A stretch of 30,173 nt of DNA from an uncultured Candidatus Saccharibacteria bacterium (GTDB lineage: Bacteria; Patescibacteriota; Dojkabacteria; SC72), in NCBI GenBank assembly GCA_964488325.1, contig CAZAUH010000001.1, positions 14,339 through 44,511 of the forward strand, written 5' to 3'. Each line of letters opens with the position of its first letter. Positions within the stretch are counted from its first letter, which is position 1. Below, one piece after another: positions 18,813 through 27,908 of the stretch. Under the pieces are notes generated by a model, which searched no databases, was not told the DNA's origin, and saw only the letters and a list, made by a program, of their open reading frames with translations. A program made the translations under genes and the position numbers.

Positions 18813-19386
18813 CTTTAATCTTTTCTAAAATTAAATTAAAAGTATCTACCTCGTTCATATTAGAGGTATCTAAAACAATATTATAATACAACTCTGGTTT
18901 ATCATACCTCACCTTATACAATCTCCAATATTTCTCTTTATCAATCTTGTATCTTTTTTTTAATCTCCTCTTAATTTCAAAATACCTTTTTAATTTCTTT
19001 AAACCTTTAATATTCTCTTTATCTAAATGTCTTTTTATCTTAACATTCTGCTTAGCATCTAACCATATTGAAACATCACATTTAAGATTTTTTACTTTGG
19101 CCAAAGCTCCATATACCTTACTATCAATTACGACATCTCCCTTTTGTGCATACTGCTCTAACATACCATCTATCTCATAATCTAAACTGTTTCCACCCTT
19201 TGATATCTGTTGAAGAAATTCCTCGAAATATTCATAATCTTTCTCTTTTGCAGCTTTTCTAAAAAGATCTCCAGCATATATATGCTTAATATTAAAATGC
19301 TTAGCTAACATCTTTGAAATAGTGGTAATACCTGAACCACCTGGTCCTCCTACAGCTATTACAATCTTTTCATTTCTTTGAGTCAT
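18790..19386 (-). CDS. cmk: Cytidylate kinase, archaeal-type (AAA-family NMP kinase)
   Basis: IAVGGPGGSGITT P-loop, HIYAGDLFR, YEID and YNIVLDTS match the archaeal-type Cmk layout rather than E. coli-type Cmk. Confidence 0.78.
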   Translation of the reverse strand: MTQRNEKIVIAVGGPGGSGITTISKMLAKHFNIKHIYAGDLFRKAAKEKDYEYFEEFLQQISKGGNSLDYEIDGMLEQYAQKGDVVIDSKVYGALAKVKNLKCDVSIWLDAKQNVKIKRHLDKENIKGLKKLKRYFEIKRRLKKRYKIDKEKYWRLYKVRYDKPELYYNIVLDTSNMNEVDTFNLILEKIKDGGYTKE

Positions 19387-19418
19387 TCTAATATATATAG
19401 TATATTAATAGGAATATA

Positions 19419-20606
19419 ATGTCGAGCAAAAGAAAGCAAAAAAGAAAGGCATCTAGTGAACATCATTCACCCGATAAATCTATACTAATATTTATGATTG
19501 GTATGGCAATCTTTGGTGCCATTATGATATATGATGCAAGTGTATATATTGCTAATCAACAACCATTTAACAACCAATTTCATTTTCTTACATTACAGAT
19601 TGCATGGTTAATATTTGGAGGAATATTAGCATTTGTTGCATATTTAGTAGACTATAGAAAAATATTAAAATTTTCATTTCCTATTCTACTCACTGTTGTT
19701 TTACTACTAATATTAGTTCTTGTACTTGGTCAAGAGGTAAATGGCTCAAAAAGATGGTTTCAAATAGGTGCACTTCCACCCATACAGCCTGCTGAATTTG
19801 CTAAACTTGCAGTAATTATGTATTTCTCAAGTTGGTTTTCAAATAAAGAGTATTCCTTTACTAAGTTTGAAGATTCATTTAAAAAGGGATTCTTAAAAAA
19901 TCTAATCCCCTTTCTAGCAATACTTGGAATAGTTGCATTACTTGTTCTCTTTGAACCTGATTTGGGAACTGCAATGATAATATGTGTAACCGCCTTTATT
20001 ATGTTTTTTGTCTCTGGAAAAGATAAGGCACATAGAATTGGTTCTTTTGCTATGATTCCTCTTGTTGCTCTTTTAGGAGTAATAGCTATCATATTAGAAC
20101 CTTACAGAATATCAAGAATTCAAACATACCTAAATCTAATATTTAAAGGAGAGGTAGCAGATGCACAGGGAAGTGGGTATCAGATGCAACAGATACTTAT
20201 TGGAATTGGGAGTGGAGGATTCTGGGGAAAGGGATTTGGGCAATCAAGACAGAGGTTTGGATACTTAGTTGAAAATACCGCATTTACTGATTCAACATTT
20301 GCAGTACTTTTAGAAGAGTTGGGATTATGGGGTGGGGGATTAATAGTTCTTTCTTGGATATTTTTTCTTTGGAGAGGATTTAAAATTGCACTTAACGCTA
20401 TAGATCAACAGGGACAGTATCTTGCAACAGGAATTACCGTATGGCTTTCATGTCAAGCATTCTTTAATATGGCAGCAAATGTTGGATTAATTCCACTAAC
20501 AGGAATTCCTCTACCCTTTCTAACATACGGGGGGTCTAGTACAATAGTAACAATGATAGCTTTTGGATTACTCTTAAATGTAAGTAAATATACAAAAAAT
20601 GCTTAA
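19419..20606 (+). CDS. ftsW: SEDS-family glycan polymerase FtsW
   Basis: GSKRWF, QPAEFAK, EPDLGT, GYQ, GSGG-GKG, TD (catalytic Asp) and PLTGIPLPFLTYGGSS. Directly upstream of murG. Confidence 0.93.
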   Translation: MSSKRKQKRKASSEHHSPDKSILIFMIGMAIFGAIMIYDASVYIANQQPFNNQFHFLTLQIAWLIFGGILAFVAYLVDYRKILKFSFPILLTVVLLLILVLVLGQEVNGSKRWFQIGALPPIQPAEFAKLAVIMYFSSWFSNKEYSFTKFEDSFKKGFLKNLIPFLAILGIVALLVLFEPDLGTAMIICVTAFIMFFVSGKDKAHRIGSFAMIPLVALLGVIAIILEPYRISRIQTYLNLIFKGEVADAQGSGYQMQQILIGIGSGGFWGKGFGQSRQRFGYLVENTAFTDSTFAVLLEELGLWGGGLIVLSWIFFLWRGFKIALNAIDQQGQYLATGITVWLSCQAFFNMAANVGLIPLTGIPLPFLTYGGSSTIVTMIAFGLLLNVSKYTKNA

Positions 20607-21777
20607 ATCAGAAATAAAGATAATGATAACAGGAGGAGGTAGTGGAGGACATATCTCTGTCGTAAAAAGTATAATTCATTCTTTAGTTGAAGATTACAAT
20701 ATACCAATTGAAAACTTAATATATGTTGGAGGGGATCTTGGTATGGAGGGAGAGCAGATTGGTAACTCTCTTGAACAAAGACAGTTTAAAGATAGTAAGT
20801 TTAAAAAATACTTTATTAGAGCAGGCAAACTACAAAGGAAAATATCTTTAAAAACAGTTTATTTACTCTTTAGATCTTTACTTGGGTTTTTTGACTCAAT
20901 GTCAATTGTTAAGAAAAGTAATCCAACATTGATTTTCTCCTCTGGTGGATTTGTATCAGTACCTGTATGTATAGCAGGATGGATGTTTCATAAACCTGTA
21001 TATTTACATGAACAGACAGCCTCTGTTGGTCTTTCAAATAGAATAGTTGGTAAGTTTGCAAAAAAGATATTTGTTACTTTTAATGATTCCCTTAAATATT
21101 TCCCGAAAGCAAAAACTGTTCATGTTGGTAATATTGTAAGAAAAGAGGTGTTTGAGAAAGAGATAACACAGCAAACAGATAAAGAGATAGTATCTCTAAT
21201 GGTAACAAACAAAAAACTTCCATTTGTATATATATCTGGTGGTAGTTTAGGTTCACACAATATTAATATAAAGGTTTTTGATTCCCTAAACTCTCTTTTA
21301 AGAAAATACAGGGTACTTCTTCAAACAGGGGATAATGAGATATACAAAGATTATGAAAAAGGAATTGATATAAAGAATAAATTAACAGGAGAGTATCAAG
21401 AAAGATTCGTTGTTAAGAAATATATTGATAGCAGTAGTATTGGATATGTCTTAAATAACATGGACCTCTTTTTAGGAAGAGCTGGTGCAAACACAGTATA
21501 TGAAATAGGGGTTTTAAAAAAGTTTGCCCTTTTAATACCAATACCCTGGGTTACACATAACGAACAGTATTTAAATGCTAAGGTTTTATCTGATATTGGT
21601 ACAGCAAATATTTTAGAAGAGAAATATTTAAATAATTGTGATCTTGATAATGAGATTGTTAGATTACAAAAACAGTTAGAGATAAGAGATATTAATTATG
21701 AAAAATTAGAGAAACTCTTTCCAACTAACGCTACTTTCAAGATATTAGATGACATGTTAGGGACATATCTAAAGTAG
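20599..21777 (+). CDS. murG: Lipid I GlcNAc transferase MurG
   Basis: GGGSGGH, GGFVS, HEQ, GGSLG, RAGA...E and EQYLNA motifs. Confidence 0.93.
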   Translation: MLKSEIKIMITGGGSGGHISVVKSIIHSLVEDYNIPIENLIYVGGDLGMEGEQIGNSLEQRQFKDSKFKKYFIRAGKLQRKISLKTVYLLFRSLLGFFDSMSIVKKSNPTLIFSSGGFVSVPVCIAGWMFHKPVYLHEQTASVGLSNRIVGKFAKKIFVTFNDSLKYFPKAKTVHVGNIVRKEVFEKEITQQTDKEIVSLMVTNKKLPFVYISGGSLGSHNINIKVFDSLNSLLRKYRVLLQTGDNEIYKDYEKGIDIKNKLTGEYQERFVVKKYIDSSSIGYVLNNMDLFLGRAGANTVYEIGVLKKFALLIPIPWVTHNEQYLNAKVLSDIGTANILEEKYLNNCDLDNEIVRLQKQLEIRDINYEKLEKLFPTNATFKILDDMLGTYLK

Positions 21778-21819
21778 CTCTACTACTGTTTATTTCCCAT
21801 CTGTTATATACTCTACCTA

Positions 21820-22842
21820 ATGAAAGTAGAAAAAAATGTATCACTTAAGAAATTAAATACTTTTAGAGTAGATGTATATACTGATATTTTACTTGCCATT
21901 GATAGTGATAATGATTTTTCAAATATAGAGGTAACGGGATATTTAAAAAATGACAACCTATTAATCTTGGGTGGAGGTTCTAATATACTCTTTACAAAAG
22001 ATTTTAAAGGTTGTGTTACCTTAATACGAAATATGGGGAAGGCCATATTAGAAGAGAGTGACCAATCTCTTACCGTACAGGTTAGTGCGGGTGAAAATTG
22101 GGATGATTTTGTAAAATGGAGTGTAAAAAAGAATTTAATTGGTCTACACAATCTTGCTTTAATACCAGGAACTGTTGGTGCTACCCCAATACAAAATGTA
22201 GGAGCATATGGAGTTGAAATCAAAGATTTTCTTACTGAGGTTGAGATTATTGATATTCAAAAAGGCAGAACTGAGATAATCAAAAACAGTGAGTGTAAAT
22301 TTGGATATAGAGATAGTATATTTAAAAATGAATTAAAAGATAAAGTCATTATTAAAAGTGTTACATTTAAACTACCTAAATATGCAGGAAAATTTGATGA
22401 TAAATATACCCAATATGCAGGTATTAAAGATGAACTAAAAGAAAAAGAACCCACTCCCAAAAACATATATGACTCTGTTGTAAGACTTCGAGAAAGCAAA
22501 TTACCTAAAATAGAAGAGTTCGGTTCCTGTGGAAGTACCTTTAAAAATCCAGAGATATCAATATCAGAGTACGACAGACTTTTAAAAACATTCCCGGAGT
22601 TACCTAAGTATGATACTGATAAAAAAGGAATTGTTAAAATACCAGCAGCATATATTTTGGAAAAGTTGGGATGGAAAAATAAAAGAAAGGGAGATGTTGG
22701 AACATGGATATATCATCCTTTAATTGTTACAAACTATGGAAATGCTACTGGTCAAGAGATCCTTTCCTTTATTAATGAAATCAAATCTGATTTTAAATCT
22801 AATACTAATTTAGATTTAGAGTGTGAAATTAATATTATTTAA
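21820..22842 (+). CDS. murB: UDP-N-acetylenolpyruvoylglucosamine reductase MurB
   Basis: GGGSN, IPGTVGA, QNVGAYG, GYRDS, GSTFKNP and C-terminal LECE. Confidence 0.96.
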   Translation: MKVEKNVSLKKLNTFRVDVYTDILLAIDSDNDFSNIEVTGYLKNDNLLILGGGSNILFTKDFKGCVTLIRNMGKAILEESDQSLTVQVSAGENWDDFVKWSVKKNLIGLHNLALIPGTVGATPIQNVGAYGVEIKDFLTEVEIIDIQKGRTEIIKNSECKFGYRDSIFKNELKDKVIIKSVTFKLPKYAGKFDDKYTQYAGIKDELKEKEPTPKNIYDSVVRLRESKLPKIEEFGSCGSTFKNPEISISEYDRLLKTFPELPKYDTDKKGIVKIPAAYILEKLGWKNKRKGDVGTWIYHPLIVTNYGNATGQEILSFINEIKSDFKSNTNLDLECEINII

Positions 22843-22851
22843 TACAATCAT

Positions 22852-24144
22852 ATGTCAAACCTAATCGTTAAAGGTGGGAATAAACTAAATGGAGAGATAA
22901 CTCCTGCGGGAAATAAAAACTCCGCTCTCCCAATACTGTGTGCATCTCTTCTTACAGATGAACCTGTATTAATTAAGAATTTCCCTGAATTAACTGATGT
23001 TGGTAAATTAATTGAATTAATGCAAGAGTTAGGTTCCAAGATAGAGTGGAACAAAGAAAAACAGGAAATAAAAATAGATAACTCTCATTTTTGTAAATCT
23101 TTTGGAGATAGTGGATTTCCACTAGGAATGAGAGGTGCTGTTTTACTACTTGCACCCTTACTTCATAGACACAAGGTATTAGAAGTTAAACAGGAGATTG
23201 GAGGATGTTCATTAGGAATAAGGGAGTTAGATCCTCATTTAGAGGTACTAACAGGATTAGGGGCAAACGTTAAATCAAATGATAAAATCACTATAGAGGC
23301 AAAAGATGGTCTAACTGGTAACACCCTATGGCAAGACTATATGTCTGTTACAACTACCGAAAACTTTGCTATGGCTGCTTCTTTAGCCAAGGGAACATCA
23401 ACCATGGTAAACGCTGCATCTGAACCCCATGTGCAAGACCTATGTAACTTTCTCATTCAAATGGGTGCAAAGATAGAGGGTATTGGTTCATCAACATTGA
23501 TTGTTCATGGCGTTGAGAAACTGCATGGTACACAATTTACAATCTCTTCTGATCATCATGAAATTACTACTTTACTTGCCCTTGGGGCAATGACTGGAGG
23601 TCAGGTTAGAGTTACCAACGCTATCCCTCAACATTTTCAATTGATAAATAAGACTTTTGCAAAATTTGGGGTAGAAATTAAATATGATGGTGATACTGCA
23701 TACTCTGTAAACAACGGAGTATTAAAAGTGGTTGAACCATTTACAAAAAATCTTTTACAAAAAGTAGAAGCAGCTCCATGGCCATACTTTCCCACAGATC
23801 TTTTACCATTAATAATGGCTTTAGCTGTAAAAGCAGATGGAAATACTATGTTTTGGAATAAACTGTATGAAGGAGGACTATTCTGGATACCTGAAATGAT
23901 TAAGTTCGGGGCACATATTGTAATGTGTGATCCTCATAGAGTAATTGTGTTTGGAGGAAAAGAGTTAAGTCCAGCGACTGTTGATGCTCCCAATATTATT
24001 AGAGCAACTGTCGCCCTATTAATGGTTGCGTTAACAATAGAGGGAGAGAGTGTAATTAATAACGCAGATACTATTAAAAGAGCACATCCTAATTTTGTAG
24101 AGAACTTACAAAAACTTGGTGCAGATATTAAATGGGTTGATTAG
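22852..24144 (+). CDS. murA: UDP-GlcNAc 1-carboxyvinyltransferase MurA
   Basis: GNKNSALP, GGCSLGIR (catalytic Cys retained), TEN and FPTD. Confidence 0.95.
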   Translation: MSNLIVKGGNKLNGEITPAGNKNSALPILCASLLTDEPVLIKNFPELTDVGKLIELMQELGSKIEWNKEKQEIKIDNSHFCKSFGDSGFPLGMRGAVLLLAPLLHRHKVLEVKQEIGGCSLGIRELDPHLEVLTGLGANVKSNDKITIEAKDGLTGNTLWQDYMSVTTTENFAMAASLAKGTSTMVNAASEPHVQDLCNFLIQMGAKIEGIGSSTLIVHGVEKLHGTQFTISSDHHEITTLLALGAMTGGQVRVTNAIPQHFQLINKTFAKFGVEIKYDGDTAYSVNNGVLKVVEPFTKNLLQKVEAAPWPYFPTDLLPLIMALAVKADGNTMFWNKLYEGGLFWIPEMIKFGAHIVMCDPHRVIVFGGKELSPATVDAPNIIRATVALLMVALTIEGESVINNADTIKRAHPNFVENLQKLGADIKWVD

Positions 24145-24334
24145 TTAGGTATAACAAAGAAAAATAAATATTCCTTTCTATTAAAGCATTACTTAAAAGC
24201 AGTTCATTCTTCCTATTAGGTATATATCAATATATCTTTAATCTTCCAATTTCCCTTTCTTAAAGGTAAATATATTCATAATAGATGACTTGTAGTAATA
24301 CACTCTTGACCATCATATTAATTTGGTATACATT

Positions 24335-24375
24335 AATGGCAAGAAGTGGTAAAAAGTGGTGAAAGATGATATATT
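24335..24375 (+). promoter_or_regulatory. MraZ operator direct repeats (10-bp period) abutting an extended -10 promoter
   Basis: AAGTGGT at 24344 and 24354, with degenerate copies on each side (TGG/TGG/TGG/TGA at 24337, 24347, 24357, 24367). TGATATATT at 24367-24375 is 6 nt before the mraZ ATG. Confidence 0.82.
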
Positions 24376-24381
24376 CTTTTT

Positions 24382-24819
24382 ATGATAATTGGAGAATATA
24401 GAAGTAAAGTAGGGGATAAAAAAAGAGTATCACTTCCTAAGAAATTTAGAGATGAATTAGGTGAAGAGATAATATTAACAAGGGGTTACGAAGACGCACT
24501 AATACTTGTTAATAAGGGAATGTGGGAAAAGATTGCGAAAGATGTTATAGGTGGCTCTTTTATAAATAAAAATGTTCGTGATACTAGCAGATTCCTAATA
24601 GGTAGTGCTATAGAGATATCAATAGATAAGCAGGGAAGATTTTTAATTCCAGATTCTCTTTTTGATCATGCAGGATTAAACAAAGATGTTGTATTTTTAG
24701 GTTTAATCAATTGGATAGAGGTATGGGATAGAGAGAAATGGGATAAGAGAGTCGAATATCTAAAAGCAAATGGAGATGAAATAGCAAATGAGATTAATAA
24801 GATGAAGGAGGAGAAATAG
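24382..24819 (+). CDS. mraZ: Transcriptional regulator MraZ
   Basis: GEYRSKVGDKKRVSLP, DKQGRFLIP and IEVWD motifs; heads the rsmH-ftsL-ftsI run. Confidence 0.95.
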   Translation: MIIGEYRSKVGDKKRVSLPKKFRDELGEEIILTRGYEDALILVNKGMWEKIAKDVIGGSFINKNVRDTSRFLIGSAIEISIDKQGRFLIPDSLFDHAGLNKDVVFLGLINWIEVWDREKWDKRVEYLKANGDEIANEINKMKEEK

Positions 24820-25707
24820 ATGGAAAAGATACACATACCTGTACTTTTAGATGAAGTCATTAGTTTCCTTGAAATTAAGCCTAATGGTTTTTACATTGAT
24901 TGCACACTAGGAGATGGGGGACACAGTTTTGAGATATATAAAAGATTGAGTAGCGATGGACTACTTCTTAGTATAGATCAAGATCAATATGCTATCGATT
25001 TTGTTCAAGAGTATTACAAAGATGTGATAAAGAAAAATTGGGTTATAAAAAAATCTAATTTTTCAAAGATTGCCTCTATTACATCCCAATACGAAAGACA
25101 ACCCGATGGGATATTAATGGATTTAGGTCTCTCATCTAGACAGTTAGAGGATTCACATAACAGAGGTTTTAGCTACTTAGAAGAGAGTGAACCATTAGAT
25201 ATGAGAATGGATGAGGAGTTAGGAGTAAAAGCTAAAGATATCCTAGTAGTCCTTTCAGAGAAAGATTTATCTACACTCTTTCTAAAATATGGAGAGGAAA
25301 AATATGCTAGAAAAATTGCTAAAGCTATTAAAGATGATATTACGAATATTATTACGGTTGGAGATCTTACAAGACTTGTCTATAGAGTTGTGCCGACAGC
25401 TCATCAAAATTCAAAGAACCCTTCACGCAGGGTCTTTCAGGCCCTGCGTATTGTGGTAAATGATGAACTAAACTCTTTGAAAGAGGGCTTAGACAAATCT
25501 TTTAAGCTCTTAAATCAAAAAGGAAGGATATGCGTAATATCTTTCCATTCGCTCGAAGATAGAATAGTTAAAGATTACTTTAACAGTTTAGTTGATAGCG
25601 GAGAGGGATTACTTCTTACCAAACAATTAAGTGCCCCAACCGACCAAGAGGTAAGAGACAATCCCAGATCCGCTTCAGCTAAATTAAGAGTATTAGAGAA
25701 AATATAA
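24820..25707 (+). CDS. rsmH: 16S rRNA m4C1402 methyltransferase RsmH
   Basis: HIPVL, DCTLGDGGHS, DLGLSS, PLDMRM, ISFHSLEDR and NPRSASAKLR. Confidence 0.97.
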   Translation: MEKIHIPVLLDEVISFLEIKPNGFYIDCTLGDGGHSFEIYKRLSSDGLLLSIDQDQYAIDFVQEYYKDVIKKNWVIKKSNFSKIASITSQYERQPDGILMDLGLSSRQLEDSHNRGFSYLEESEPLDMRMDEELGVKAKDILVVLSEKDLSTLFLKYGEEKYARKIAKAIKDDITNIITVGDLTRLVYRVVPTAHQNSKNPSRRVFQALRIVVNDELNSLKEGLDKSFKLLNQKGRICVISFHSLEDRIVKDYFNSLVDSGEGLLLTKQLSAPTDQEVRDNPRSASAKLRVLEKI

Positions 25708-25724
25708 CAGTAGTTTACTGCCCA

Positions 25725-26030
25725 ATGAAAACAACTGAAAAAATAAAAGGGTCCATATTTCCAAAGATATTAATCTTTTCATTTGTTCTCTTTACAGTAT
25801 CCCAATTAGTAGTTAATTCTGTTTTAACACCACTTGGTACTAGACTAGAATCTTTAAATACAGAAAAAGAACATCTTTTAGAGGAAAACAGGGTAGTATC
25901 CGAAGAGATAGCAAAAAACAGCTCTCTTAAAGTAATCGAAAGCCTTTCTGGAAAGAAGTTAAATCTTTCACAAACTAAAGTGCAAACATTTGTATATATT
26001 GAGGATTCTACATTAGTAGCTAATAACTAA
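25725..26030 (+). CDS. ftsL: Cell division protein FtsL-like
   Basis: Small bitopic protein with one TM and a coiled coil (LESLNTEKEHLLEEN), located between rsmH and ftsI. Its stop overlaps the ftsI start (TAATG). Confidence 0.7.
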   Translation: MKTTEKIKGSIFPKILIFSFVLFTVSQLVVNSVLTPLGTRLESLNTEKEHLLEENRVVSEEIAKNSSLKVIESLSGKKLNLSQTKVQTFVYIEDSTLVANN

Positions 26031-27874
26031 TGAGTAGGCTAAATCATCTACATTCTTCAAAACATAAGGGGAAAAAATCTTCTATTGGTGCTAAAATTCA
26101 AAAAAATAACTATAACTTTGTAATAGCCTTTTTGACAATATTAGGCCTTGTAGTTCTAATTCAAGCATTCCGTTGGCAAGTTTTAGAATCAGATAAATTT
26201 ATTGCTATTGCAAAACAACAGTATACCGATAAAGGGAAACAGACTGCTGAAAGGGGAATGATATACGCAAACGATGGAACAATTCTTGCAGTAGACCAAC
26301 CCATATGGAATGTATTTGCCTCTTTAAGTACAGATGAGAAAGAAAGAGAGCTCTTCTTTAGTAAAAAAGATCTTTTCATCTCAACAATATCCTCTATTCT
26401 TGCTGTAGAAAATGAGAGTATTGAAAGTAAAATAACTGACGACTTTCAATACGTTAACCTAGCGAAAGGTGTCGATACTGAAACAAAAATAGCAATTGAA
26501 AGTGCGAATATCTTTGGAAATGAAGATACCAATAGAGCTGGATTTGGTCTCTATTTTGAAAGAGCGTTAAAAAGGGTATATCCCAATGGAGAGCTTGCAT
26601 CTCATGTTTTGGGTTTCATTGGAAAAGATAGTGAAGGAAGCGATTTAGGACAGTATGGTATAGAAGGTTTTTACTTCGGAGATATTACCGGTAAGGAAGG
26701 ATACACATACGAAGAAAAGGATTCTTTAGGTAACACTATCTTAACAGCAGAATATGAACCTGTACTTCCTAGATCTGGTAAAGATTTTACACTTACTATT
26801 AAACCATCACTTCAAAACAAAGTAGAAAGGATATTAAAAGAGAATGTTGAAAAGACTAGTTCAAAAAGTGGAAGTGTGATAATAATGAATCCAAAAACAG
26901 GAGAGATTTTGTCTATTGCAAACTATCCCTCTTACAATCCTAATGAGTATTGGAGAATATCCGATCCATGGGTATTTAAGAATCTAGTAGTTGCTGATGT
27001 CTACGAATACGGTTCTGTTCAGAAACCAATTACCGTTTCAATTGCTCTTGAATCTGGTGATGTCCCTAAAGACTTCACATGCAATGACAAAACAGGATAC
27101 TTGGATCTATATGAAGCAACAGGATATGCAGATTTAAAGGGAAGAAAAATATATCAATGGGATAAAAGACCTGATGGTCTTCAAACATTAGCAGATATGT
27201 TAAAAAATTCTAATAACCCCTGTATAGCTAGAACTGCACTAGAGGTAGACTTTAAATACTTCTATAACAAGCTTAAAGAGTTTGGGATAGGTAGCTTTAT
27301 TGGAATAGGATTACAAGAGGAAAGTAATAGCTACTTAAAATCAGATGCACAGTGGACCAAGCTTGATACAATTACTGCATCCTATGGACAGGGTATATCT
27401 GCTACTCAACTTCAGGTAATCTCTGCTATTAGTACAATAGCAAACCATGGTAAAAGAATGAGACCATATATTATCTCCTCAATATCAGATGAAAAAGAAA
27501 AAATAAATTTTCAACCTCAGGTTCTTTCAGAACCAATTTCTTCTGAGACCGCAGATGCTGTAGCAGAGATGATGACACACGTTATTGAGGATGGAGGAAT
27601 TAATATTAAATACATTAAACAGTTAGAGGACTATTACATTGCAGGTAAAACAGGAACTTCCCAGGTTGCGAAAAAAGATGGTGTGGGATATGAAGAGGAT
27701 AAAACAATTACTACCTTTGTTGGTTTTGCTCCAGCTGATGATGCAAAGATGATAATGCTTGTAAGATTAGAAGAGCCAAAAAACAACCAGTATGCAGCAA
27801 ACACTGTAGTACCTATGTGGACTGAAATATTTCTAAATATTGTTAATGACCTAGAAATCTCAAAGAGAAATTGA
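26030..27874 (+). CDS. ftsI: Class B penicillin-binding protein (FtsI/PBP2-type transpeptidase)
   Basis: N-terminal TM, RGMIY and RVYP dimerisation-domain motifs, SxxK (SVQK), SxN (SNN) and KTG. Confidence 0.92.
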   Translation: MSRLNHLHSSKHKGKKSSIGAKIQKNNYNFVIAFLTILGLVVLIQAFRWQVLESDKFIAIAKQQYTDKGKQTAERGMIYANDGTILAVDQPIWNVFASLSTDEKERELFFSKKDLFISTISSILAVENESIESKITDDFQYVNLAKGVDTETKIAIESANIFGNEDTNRAGFGLYFERALKRVYPNGELASHVLGFIGKDSEGSDLGQYGIEGFYFGDITGKEGYTYEEKDSLGNTILTAEYEPVLPRSGKDFTLTIKPSLQNKVERILKENVEKTSSKSGSVIIMNPKTGEILSIANYPSYNPNEYWRISDPWVFKNLVVADVYEYGSVQKPITVSIALESGDVPKDFTCNDKTGYLDLYEATGYADLKGRKIYQWDKRPDGLQTLADMLKNSNNPCIARTALEVDFKYFYNKLKEFGIGSFIGIGLQEESNSYLKSDAQWTKLDTITASYGQGISATQLQVISAISTIANHGKRMRPYIISSISDEKEKINFQPQVLSEPISSETADAVAEMMTHVIEDGGINIKYIKQLEDYYIAGKTGTSQVAKKDGVGYEEDKTITTFVGFAPADDAKMIMLVRLEEPKNNQYAANTVVPMWTEIFLNIVNDLEISKRN

Positions 27875-27908
27875 GATAATTAGAGATAATAAATTCGTTA
27901 ATACTAAT

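Noticed and set aside
21820-24144. Degeneration of MurA/MurB paralleling MraY
   Set aside because: The catalytic residues appear retained: MurA KN, Cys, Arg and PTD; MurB GS-x-FKNP Ser and C-terminal Glu.
24145-24334. Small ORF, ncRNA or ligase remnant in the murA-mraZ gap
   Set aside because: Only very short ORFs were found, with no stable structure or Mur-ligase-like translation visible by eye.
24805-24813. AAGGAGGAG Shine-Dalgarno before rsmH as evidence of general SD use
   Set aside because: It is a single clear case, lies within Lys-Glu-Glu codons of mraZ, and the genes abut, so coupling explains initiation. It may still be functional.
2350-24860. Numerous antisense or nested ORFs in the track (e.g. 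2350-2580, 6460-6744, 8935-9270, 11299-11568, 13464-13808, 15142-15633, 21813-22223, 24666-24860)
   Set aside because: They lie opposite or within well-supported genes, have no recognisable motifs, and look like reverse-frame shadows.
18439-27874. UGA recoding (genetic code 25, as in Gracilibacteria/Absconditabacteria)
   Set aside because: TGA ends the C39 gene and ftsI at natural C-termini, and conserved genes translate intact in code 11.
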